Positions 26,801 to 38,800 of a stretch of DNA of 48,684 bases are shown piece by piece. This stretch comes from Nemertoderma westbladi (Eukaryota; Animalia; Xenacoelomorpha). Made by a program: the position numbers and the translations under genes. The stretch covers positions 1-48,684 of the forward strand of contig JAUCBJ010004280.1 of the NCBI GenBank assembly GCA_032718475.1. Direction: 5' to 3'. Below the pieces are notes generated by a model that saw only the letters and a program-made list of their open reading frames with translations, was not told the origin of the DNA and searched no databases. Position 1 is the first letter of the stretch. Each line of letters begins with the position of its first letter.

Positions 26801-29800
26801 CATATACGTGGTTTCAAAATGAAAGGGACGATATAATGCTTTTGGATGTATTTCTTAGAAAACTATACTATAAACTTAGACGATGAAATACATACAGCGC
26901 GCTTTTTGTTTTAAGAATGTCGCATGTGAAAGGATTGTTTGTATTTTTTAAATCTAATGATAACTGGAACAAAACTGAACACGGACAACGCGGTGAATGA
27001 ATTAATGACGTTTATTATAAATTGTTAATTTTTCGTTCGAAAATACCCAAAAATCTGAAGAAAATGGAGTACTTTTTGCGGGAAACAAGCATCCCATAGG
27101 ATTGCATTTATTTTTTATGTTATAACTCTGAAACAAACGCAGTTTGGAATCTGAGAGTTTTTGACTTTTCTTGAAAATGTATTCTCTTCCTAATAGTGAA
27201 AAGTTTTAAAAAGTAGAAGTTCCTAAAAGTTTTTAAAAATATTTTTTCGAGAACTTTTCGAGTTATAGCACCATTTTTCACCCTACTTTTGGCACTATTT
27301 TGAGACGTTTTTTGAAAATTTCTTTTCATTAAATATGATTTGTAACATCTCTATTTTTGTGTTTTTAACGGTTTTTTTGGTGTTCGCAATTCGAAGGAAT
27401 ACATATAGAATGTGCTAGAAATTTCAAAATTGTTTTTTTCGGCGGGTGCCAATTTTTGGTGCTAGCATAAAAATTTTAATATATGTAAATATTGTAAATT
27501 GTTTTTTACGTAATAGGGGTTTTTTGGGGCCCTGTTTTTGATGGAATACATAATTCACATAAACAATACATAAACGTTTCAATGGAATAAATGAAAATCT
27601 AACGAGACATCTCAAACTTGTACTTTTTGGAAGTGGGAGCTATATTTGGTGCCATCACCAAATTTTGAAATCCATCAAATATATCAATTGTACGGGGCAC
27701 AATTTTGTAAAATAATCTGCTTTAAGATATTCCTACTGTATGTTATTACTTCACTCACGCTTTCTAACTATAATGTAGACAGAGAATTGCTGTAGTAACA
27801 CAACTGTGAAACATAACTTTGACATACGTTTTGTAGACTTTGAATCGATAGTATATCCAAACTCTACGTCAAAATGTAGAATTTGGAATTTATTATCACG
27901 TTCTACATGAAAATTTGTAGACTTTGGGTAAAATTTTAGTTTTTTCTCAATAACTTTCCACAACTTAAATCAATTTAAGTTTTATTAACAGATTCATTTT
28001 CAGCGCAAGAAAAGCTATCGAATGATATAAGATACTCGCCTATATTTGACCAAGTTTGAAATTTTTCATAAAAGATGCGCTTTTTGCCGCTTTAAAGTGA
28101 CAGTGACCAAAATAGTAAAGGAAAAAGCTGTACTTTAAGCACCATAACCAACACATGCAGCGTTTCAACGCCAACGCGAAAAGTATGTGGCTTAGATTTG
28201 TCGAATAATATTGTATATAAAGTGCGCTTTATTGAATATCTGGGTGTATTTCCTAGGGTTGTCACGGAATACCACTTATAATAATAATAAGTTCCATTTG
28301 TTGTATTTCTACATCTTTGTTATATTGAGGATAGAATATAGAATATTTAATTAAATCTTTCAGACATTTTAAAATTTCTGATCCGCATTTATGAGATATA
28401 GATAGAATTCTGAGTTCCTGTGCTCATGTGATGATCGGTAGGAGGTCAAAGATCGACTTACATTTAAATTACATCGACTTACATTTAAATTAATTTATTT
28501 AGAAATGTTATTCCGTGACATCCCTCGTCGTTTCCCTAAAATATTTTTCTAAATCAAATCTGAGTTAATGAAATATCGGTATAATTTCCGTATGAGTTTT
28601 CGTTTGCGAACAGTTCTAAAATATGATTCCGTGACATCCCTACTATTTTCTCTAAGCTCGAATGAGTTTAAATGCTATTCTTCAGGATTCATCATGGTGT
28701 TTTGTATGGCTGATTTAGTCTTGATCTATCGGTGCTTTAAGTCTCATAATATCACATCTGGAGTGAGGTAATATATTTTACTTTGTTGCAAATATAAACA
28801 TCCTCATTTCAAGTTTCAACATATTTTTTTTCCAAAATAGACTTTTGATGTTCATTATATTATTATTTAACCGAAGACAACGCGATCTGATCAGCTATAT
28901 CAGTTACTCACAACATCATGATTATATTCTAAGTTAATAGCGTTTGTTCTACTTGTTTAGAGAATATTGTACGCCGGTCATTTCACTGATATCACCAATC
29001 TCCATTGGATGCTAATATATTTCCTTTGTCGACTAATTCTTGGTTTACATAATTTGACAAAAATTACAATCTAATGAATTTTTATTTGTTGTTCCATAAT
29101 ATTTACATAATTTTGTTTCAGTATCGGCGGAATAGAGAAGAGCGACACTTGGGGTAATATTGGTTCGAATTATCTGAACAAATCAGATCGTGTGCCGTCA
29201 GAGGATATCTCTACATCGACCTCCGGGACCGGATCGGACGATTCGATCGATGGCGACATGCCGCAAGGGAATGTTACCGTAATGACGTGTAAGCATCGGC
29301 AGCTTAAATTACTCACTCGTCTTTGGTTGTTTTTTAGTTTGTTATCCAGGACTTCACTGAATCAGTGAATTTGAGCTAAAAACATATTTTTCATTTGGCT
29401 ATAATAGATAGGGATCGACCTAAAAAACAACATTTGGTAGAATATTATGTAGACACAGTATAATTTTCTTCTTGTTTATCAGATCAAGAGATCCTTCTCA
29501 GTGGTGCCAACATTAGGAAGAGAGGCGAAGGAGTGGGAGTGAACGTTACCTCGGTAGACGGGAACACGACATCGCTCAACATCACCGCTCTCAAGCATTA
29601 TAGCGTATACAAGATTTACGTTTATTCCTGCAATATAGTGAACTGCAGTGTGGTGGCTGCGAGCAGGTTGGGGGAGACCTTACCCAATATCAGTTACGAT
29701 GATGTTAACAATGTGAGTTGTGGAGGAATTACTGGCTTTAAATACTATATTTCACTACGTAGTTATTATTATCCCTGGTATATATACTATATTTCACTAC

Positions 29801-32800
29801 GTAGTTATTATTATTCCTGGTATTTCGCTGGAATGTGTAGTATTATATATTTCACTACTGGGTTTGTATTATGTTTAACACCTATAAGATTTAATCATAA
29901 TTTATTTTACTGTGATAAAGTTCTCCTTTATTTTACAACCCACTTTATTGTCCAGTAAATTTTCGCTGGGAATTGAAATAAATGTATATTTGTTACCTAA
30001 GAAGTAGTTCGAGATGCTTTGTTTGTTCGGAATTGAGGTGCAAGAAATAATTGTATAACCGGAATGTGTATAGGAGCCCAACAAACACATCGTTTAACAC
30101 ATCGTTAACACCTCCCAACACATCGTTTAACCCTATTTGGCCCGGCGGGGGGGAGGGGGAGGGGGGGGGGGGGGGGGGGGGGTGGGGAGTACGAAATTTC
30201 GTGACTTTTCCTAAAATTTTATGGGCTATCCATCAGCGCAAACGCCAATAATCTCCAATATATTTTTCGTTCTAAAAAGTTTTTATGACTCACTAAAATT
30301 TATTTATTTGCGGTATATAGCGGTTTTTTTGGATGCTGATTACGATTATAAGGCACAAATAATACATTCAAGAAAATTTCAGGTAATTTTGAAAGTGTCC
30401 CCGGGGGCTCGAAAAAATCATATATAGTCAAATATGATAATGAAAAATCACCTCCAAATCAAACTGATTGTTTGACCTTAAAGGTTTTTTTGGGATGCTG
30501 ATCACGAATATGACACTGAAATATATCCTACCTTGTTGATTAGGACATATTTAGATATTTGTCAATGTGTGGCACAACAAATACAGGTGGGACAAATTTT
30601 ATAATAAAAAATCATTACCAGGGTCGTTCTCACAAAAAGTGGCCAAACTTTTATGTCAAAATGTCCATGCATTCGCACGGTTATATTTCCAAACGACACA
30701 GATTTAACCCCATGAACCTATATACCAATCGGAAGAGCGGAAATCTGCTCATATTTCAGCAAATTTTCAACAGATTCCATTCACAACCTAGAGAATGACA
30801 CCATTTCAAATATCGAAAATGCATGTTTTTTGAAATGTCACATTGAATTATTTTTAAATATTTGGCTTCTGAGCTAAAGCAATGAAAGCAAAGGTTCCAC
30901 ATACCATACATCAAAATAAAGCAAATTTAATGCTCTTTCACATACTATTGGTGGTTTTCAACCGAAGCTACTCACATTTTATATATTTACTATTTACTAA
31001 CAATTAATTACGCCGTCACTAGGATTTTGTCCACCATGTAACGCTCGTTTTTATGACATGGTTTTTTTATATTTATTCACAACATCTCCAAGTGAGATAT
31101 TTCTAAACGGCGATTTATTTAGCTATCAGCAGGTAAAAAAATTATAAGAATTCGTTCATTAGAACTCGAGCGTTGTGCGAAAACGTAAATCTACATAAAA
31201 TACCGTCATTAGGAATGTCCTCAATGTAACGCTACTTTGAATAGCGATAACTTTTGCTTTACTAATCATATCGACACCATTGAGGGCTCATATGAAAGAG
31301 CAATCGCAGATCTATCGAATCACATATTTGATTTTAATATAGTTTCAAAACAGACTATAGTCAACGCCATGCTAATGAAAAATGTCTTCAATGTCCATCA
31401 TGTAACGCATGTAACGCTGTCACAATCAATAGCGTTACACTTGAGACATGTCCATCATGTAACGTAGTTGGGCCTGAACATACCTAGCAGTACGAGTGGC
31501 GTTTCTTTTTACAAATTAGGCAGTCAGGGTCAAATTAACAATAGTCGATGGTTTCTGGTTTTCAGTATTTAGTATAAACTACTGTAGTAGTAATATTATC
31601 TGTTGTAGTCTGTATTACCTAGCTACCTAAAGGGTTTAGGAAAAGCTCATGAGTTTGTTTACCTTTCTTTATTTCGGTTCTAAAACAGTACTTCTTAAAG
31701 TCAACGTCATGCAATTACAATTGTCAAACGGAATTAAGCGTGTTGTGTCCGGTAAGAACTTCTCGATTGAATTTAGTGATGGTGTTACACGTGAAGGACT
31801 TAGAGATTAAGTTAGTGATGGCGTTACACGTGAAGGACTTAGAGATTAAGTTAGTGATGGCGTTACACGTGAAGGACTTAGAGATTAAGTTAGTGATGGC
31901 GTTACACGTGAAGGACATAGAGATTAAGTTAGTGATGGCGTTACACGTGAAGGACTTAGAGATTAAGTTAGTGATGGCATTACACGTGAAGGACTTAGTT
32001 ACACGTGAAGGACTTAGAGATTACGTTAGTGATGGGATGGCGTTACACGTGAAGGACTTAGAGATTAAGTTAGTGATGGCGTTACACGTGAAGGACTTAG
32101 TTACACGTGAAGGACTTAGAGATTACGTTAGTGATGGGATGGCGTTACACGTGAAGGACTTAGAGATTAAGTTAGTGATGGCGTTACACGTGAAGGACTT
32201 AGAGATTACGTTAGTGATGGGATGGCGTTACACGTGAAGGACTTAGAGATTAAGTTAGTGATGGGATGGCGTTACACGTGAAGGACTTAGAGATTGAGTT
32301 AGTGATGGCGTTACACGTGAAGGACTTAGAGATTGAGTTAGTGATGGCGTTACACGTGAAGGACTTAGAGATTACGTTAGTGATGGGATGGCGTTACACG
32401 TGAAGGACTTAGTTACACGTGAAGGACTTAGAGATTGCGTTAGTGATGGTTTTAAGGATTCCGTTAACTATTTTGTACAATTAGTGTTACAATAGTATGT
32501 ATATTCATATTGTATGGATACAATAATACAAACTAAATAATTTGCTGATTTGAAAAATATTATTTTCAGCCATTGGGTTGATAAATAAATCCGTAAAAAA
32601 CCCGTATAAATATAAAATAAATCCGTACATGACATTAAAGTGACTGTTGAATTTCTGGTATATATTTTAAATGTCAAATCCTGGATACTGATTGGCTAAC
32701 AAGTAGCGTTACATTCGAGACAACGAGTTAGATTGTGGGCGTTTTGTGAAATGAAGGTTGCTGATTGGCTAACAAGTAGCGTTACACCAGGGACAAAATG

Positions 32801-35800
32801 TTACATTGTGGACATTAATTTTTCGCGAATGAAACCTTACGACTTTACTAAAAAAACGGCCCACTAGTGTATTCGAAATCGCCTCATCGAGAGCTCTCGA
32901 AATATGTATATATTTATATGGTTTTGACAAAAAAAAATTTGACAATTTTTTCTCAAAATTTTGGCCACTTTTTGTGAGAACAACCCGCGCCGCCAATCAA
33001 TCTGATTTTATGATGTTAGGCGTTTTCTGGGACGCTAATCATGCATATATGACACTCAAAAATATTGTATCGGATTCATTGATTGCTGATGTGCCAAAGT
33101 GGGACGAAAAATACAAGTATCAAAAATTGGTAATAAATTTGATGGTTACACTAACATAAAATATTTTTGCCAAGTTCTATCGTGATCAGGGACCTCGAAA
33201 ACCAATATAGCTTCTGAAGTATCCAACCAAATTCAATATTTGGCGTTTGAATTTTTGTGCTACTTGTATTTTTCGTCCCACCAGAAAAGCACCAAAAAAC
33301 TAGTTGCGTTACCACGTAAGATTTTTAACGACTTGTATCGTGCTCAGCGACCTTAGAATCCAGTATAGCTTCAGAATTACCCAACCAAATGCGAAATTTA
33401 ATAGTATTAAATTTTTGTACTTATCCTTTTCGTCCTGGTGCACCAGAATCGCACCAAACTTCATGGTTGTATTACCAGAAATATTTCTACTACTTTCAAC
33501 GCTATCAGCGACCTCTAAAATCCATATACCTTCAAAATTATCCATCCAAACCAAACACAATATTTTTGTTTTAAATTGTATCTCGAAAACACTTACACCT
33601 TTTCCTTATCTTCAAACTTGTAATTTTTCAGCCAAAATCTAAAAACTTTCTTTGTAAAAATAGCCCGGGTGTGATTGGGTTAAAACCTTGAAGTTCAATC
33701 CATACAGTGAAACTTAGAAGTGCTCGTATTTAATTGTTATTTGCGTGTATTTTACCTTGAAGAGGAATTATTTTGATTGCGTCGTGCAAGTAGATTTATA
33801 TTTTTTATGTAATACATTAAAGTTTATTTATTACTTTCTAGTTTGGCGTGACGTCAGTTAATAATAGCAACGGTGACGTAGAGCTTTACTGGGCAGCTCC
33901 TGAGTCTCCTAACGGTGTTATTATTTCCTTTACTATCTATTACGCCTACAATGAAACAGACGGGACTCAATCCAACTCAGCTAAAACTCTTTGTATCTCC
34001 TACCCAGAATACGTAGCCAATAAACGTCGTATACTTGTCAGCAATCTAGAGGCTGGCAAACTATACACATTTATGGTTAGTCTGCAAGCCACTTTATTAT
34101 TATAAGATTATGTAGCAATTAAAATATTTCCGGTTGCTAAGGTAAACTTCTTTCATATTCTAATAACTATAAGCTTTGATTTACTATAAATATACTACCT
34201 TTGTGATAATATGAACTGTGATAATGAGTACACACCTAACATAATAATTCGATTACAAACAAGTAGTTATTTTTTTATTCCAACTTTACAATGAGTTCAT
34301 TTTATCATTTGTTCATCAGGTTCGGTCTAAGACGCTTGGAGGTGAAGGCACATGGAGTGAGCCCTTCGAATTGAGGATTCCCGAAGACCCTGGCGACGGC
34401 ATCAACCTACCCGTGGTGGTTGGTTGTTCGGTCGCCGGGGCTCTCGTCTTTATTGTCCTGGTCATCACGGCGGTTCTCCTCTATATTCGCAAACGTTACA
34501 TCGATAAGACTCTACCGAACGGCGTTCTCTACGCCAGCGTCAATCCGGAGTATATGAGTACCGCAGACGTTTACGTTCCCGATAGTTGGGAGGTGCCTCG
34601 CGAAAAGATTAACTTACTCAAGGAATTAGGCACTGGTAGCTTTGGGATGGTCTGGGAAGGTTGGTTTATATAAGTTAGGCACTGTCAGCTTTGGGATGGT
34701 CTGGGAAGGTTGGTTTATATAAGTTAGGCACTGTCAGCTTTGGGATGGTCTGGGAAGGTTGGTTTATATAAGTTAGGCACTGGTAGCTTTGGGATGGTCT
34801 GGGAAGGTTGGTTTATATAAGTTAGGCACTGGTAGCTTTGGGATGGTCTGGGAAGGTTGGTTTATATAAGTTAGGCACTGGTAGCTTTGGGATGGTCTGG
34901 GAAGGTTGGTTTATATAAGTTAGGTACTCATAGCTTTGGGATGGTCTGGGAAGGTTGGTTTATATAAGTTAGGCACCGGTAGCTTTGGGATGGTCTGGGA
35001 AGGTTGGTTTATATAAGTTAGGCACTCATAGCTTTGGGATGGTCTGGGAAGGTTGGTTTATATAAGTTAGGCACTCATAGCTTTGGGATGGTCTGGGAAG
35101 GTTGGTTTACATAAGTTAGGCACTGGTAGCTTTGGGATGGTCTGGGAAGGTTGGTTTATATAAATTAGGCACTGGTAGCTTTGGGATGGTCTGGGAAGGT
35201 TGGTTTATATAAGTTAGGCACTGGTAGCTTTGGGATGGTCTGGGAAGGTTGGTTTATATAAGTTAGGCACTCATAGCTTTGGGATGGTCTGGGAAGGTTG
35301 GTTTACATAAGTTAGGCACTGGTAGCTTTGGGATGGTCTGGGAAGGTTGGTTTATATAAATTAGGCACTGGTAGCTTTGGGATGGTCTGGGAAGGTTGGT
35401 TTATATAAGTTAGGCACTGGTAGCTTTGGGATGGTCTGGGAAGGTTGGTTTATATAAGTTAGGCACTCATAGCTTTGGGATGGTCTGGGAAGGTTGGTTT
35501 ATATAAGTTAGGCACTCATAGCTTTGGGATGGTCTGGGAAGGTTGGTTTATATAAATTAGGCACTGGTAGCTTTGGGATGGTCTGGGAAGGTTGGTTTAT
35601 ATAAGTTAGGCACTCATAGCTTTGGGATGGTCTGGGAAGGTTGGTTTATATAAATTAGGCACTGGTAGCTTTGGGATGGTCTGGGAAGGTTGGTTTATAT
35701 AAGTTAGGCACTCATAGCTTTGGGATGGTCTGGGAAGGTTGGTTTATATAAATTAGGCACTGGTAGCTTTGTGATGGTCTGGGAAGGTTGGTTTATATAA

Positions 35801-38800
35801 GTTAGGCACTGGTAGCTTTGGGATGGTCTGGGAAGGTTGGTTTATATAAGTTAGGCACTCATAGCTTTGGGATGGTCTGGGAAGGTTGGTTTATATAAGT
35901 TAGGCACTGTTAGCTTTGTGATGGTCTGGGAAGGTTGGTTTATATAAGTTAGGCACTCATAGCTTTGGGATGGTCTGGGAAGGTTGGTTTATATAAATTA
36001 GGCACTGGTAGCTTTGGGATGGTCTGGGAAGGTTGGTTTATATAAGTTAGGCACTCATAGCTTTGGGATGGTCTGGGAAGGTTGGTTTATATAAATTAGG
36101 CACTGGTAGCTTTGGGATGGTCTGGGAAGGTTGGTTTATATAAGTTAGGCACTCATAGCTTTGGGATGGTCTGGGAAGGTTGGTTTATATAAATTAGGCA
36201 CTGGTAGCTTTGGGATGGTCTGGGAAGGTTGGTTTATATAAGTTAGGCACTCATAGCTTTGGGATGGTCTGGGAAGGTTGGTTTATATAAGTTAGGCACT
36301 CGTAGCTTTGGGATGGTCTGGGAAGGTTGGTTTATATAAGTTAGGCACTCATAGCTTTGGGATGGTCTGGGAAGGTTGGTTTATATAAGTTAGGCACTGG
36401 TAGCTTTGGGATGGTCTGGGAAGGTTGGTTTATATAAGTTAGGCACTGGTAGCTTTGGGATGGTCTGGGAAGGTTGGTTTATATAAGTTAGGCACTCATA
36501 GCTTTGGGATGGTCTGGGAAGGTTGGTTTATATAAGTTAGGCACTCGTAGCTTTGGGATGGTCTGGGAAGGTTGGTTTATATAAGTTAGGCACTCATAGC
36601 TTTGGGATGGTCTGGGAAGGTTGGTTTATATAAGTTAGGCACTCATAGCTTTGGGATGGTCTGGGAAGGTTGGTTTATATAAGTTAGGCACTGGTAGCTT
36701 TGGGATGGTCTGGGAAGGTTGGTTTATATAAGTTAGGCACTCATAGCTTTGGGATGGTCTGGGAAGGTTGGTTTATATAAGTTAGGCACTCATAGCTTTG
36801 GGATGGTCTGGGAAGGTTGGTTTATATAAGTTAGGCACTCATAGCTTTGGGATGGTCTGGGAAGGTTGGTTTATATAAGTTAGGCACTCATAGCTTTGGG
36901 ATGGTCTGGGAAGGTTGGTTTATATAAGTTAGGCACTCATAGCTTTGGGATGGTCTGGGAAGGTTGGTTTATATAAGTTAGGCACTCATAGCTTTGGGAT
37001 GGTCTGGGAAGGTTGGTTTATATAAGTTAGGCACTCATAGCTTTGGGATGGTCTGGGAAGGTTGGTTTATATAAATTAGGCACTGGTAGCTTTGGGATGG
37101 TCTGGGAAGGTTGGTTTATATAAGTTAGGCACTCATAGCTTTGGGATGGTCTGGGAAGGTTGGTTTATATAAATTAGGCACTGGTAGCTTTGGGATGGTC
37201 TGGGAAGGTTGGTTTATATAAGTTAGGCACTCATAGCTTTGGGATGGTCTGGGAAGGTTGGTTTATATAAGTTAGGCACTCATAGCTTTGGGATGGTCTG
37301 GGAAGGTTGGTTTATATAAGTTAGGCACTCATAGCTTTGGGATGGTCTGGGAAGGTTGGTTTATATAAGTTAGGCACTGGTAGCTTTGGGATGGTCTGGG
37401 AAGGTTGGTTTATATAAGTTAGGCACTGGTAGCTTTGGGATGGTCTGGGAAGGTTGGTTTACATAAGTTAGGCACTGGTAGCTTTGGGATGGTCTGGGAA
37501 GGTTGGTTTATATAAGTTAGGCACTCATAGCTTTGGGATGGTCTGGGAAGGTTGGTTTATATAAGTTAGGCACTGTCAGCTTTGGGATGGTCTGGGAAGG
37601 TTGGTTTATATAAGTTAGGCACTGTCAGCTTTGGGATGGTCTGGGAAGGTTGGTTTATATAAGTTAGGCACTCATAGCTTTGGGATGGTCTGGGAAGGTT
37701 GGTTTATATAAGTTAGGCACTGTCAGCTTTGGGATGGTCTGGGAAGGTTGGTTTATATAAGTTAGGCACTGGTAGCTTTGGGATGGTCTGGGAAGGTTGG
37801 TTTATATAAGTTAGGCACTGGTAGCTTTGGGATGGTCTGGGAAGGTTGGTTTATATAAGTTAGGCACTGTTAGCTTTGGGATGGTCTGGGAAGGTTGGTT
37901 TATATAAGTTAGGCACTCGTAGCTTTGGGATAGTCTGGGGATGTTGGTTTATATAAGTTAGGCACTGGTAGCTTTGGGATGGTCTGGGAAGGTTGGTTTA
38001 TATAAGTTAGGCACTGGTAGCTTTGGGATGGTCTGGGAAGGTTGGTTTATATAAATTAGGCACTGGTAGCTTTGGGATGGTCTGGGGATGTTGGTTTATA
38101 TAAGTTAGGCACTGGTAGCTTTGGGATGGTCTGGGAAGGTTGGTTTATATAAGTTAGGCACTGGTAGCTTTGGGATGGTCTGGGAAGGTTGGTTTATATA
38201 AGTTAGGCACTGGTAGCTTTGGGATGGTCTGGGAAGGTTGGTTTATATAAGTTAGGCACTGGTCGCTTTGGGATGGTCTGGGAAGGTTGGTTTATATAAG
38301 TTAGGCACTGGTAGCTTTGGGATGGTCTGGGAAGGTTGGTTTATATAAGTTAGGCACTCATAGCTTTGGGATGGTCTGGGAAGGTTGGTTTATATAAGTT
38401 AGGCACCGGTAGCTTTGGGATGGTCTGGGAAGGTTGGTTTATATAAGTTAGGCACTCGTAGCTTTGGGATGGTCTGGGAAGGTTGGTTTATATAAGTTAG
38501 GCACTCATAGCTTTGGGATGGTCTGGGAAGGTTGGTTTATATAAGTTAGGCACCGGTAGCTTTGGGATGGTCTGGGAAGGTTGGTTTATATAAGTTAGGC
38601 ACTGGTAGCTTTGGGATGGTCTGGGAAGGTTGGTTTATATAAGTTAGGCACTCATAGCTTTGGGATGGTCTGGGAAGGTTGGTTTATATAAGTTAGGCAC
38701 TCGGTAGCTTTGGGATGGTCTGGGAAGGTTGGTTTATATAAGTTAGGCACTGGTAGCTTTGGGATGGTCTGGGAAGGTTGGTTTATATAAGTTAGGCACT

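Larger units (their letters stand above)
20775..28105. mobile_element. Candidate non-autonomous DNA transposon bounded by 24-bp CACTG-initial inverted repeats, enclosing the foldback-like element and the 41-bp array
   Basis: Left CACTGTTACTTTAAACCGGCAAAA versus reverse complement of right CACTGTCACTTTAAAGCGGCAAAA (22/24). No TSD recognised and no transposase ORF. Confidence 0.5.

Noticed and set aside
29122-29157. Alternative frame YRRNR as the missing furin site
   Set aside because: It needs phase 0 whereas the upstream exons end in phase 2, and it hits TAA at 29155; the nearby GT gives the wrong phase for the next exon.
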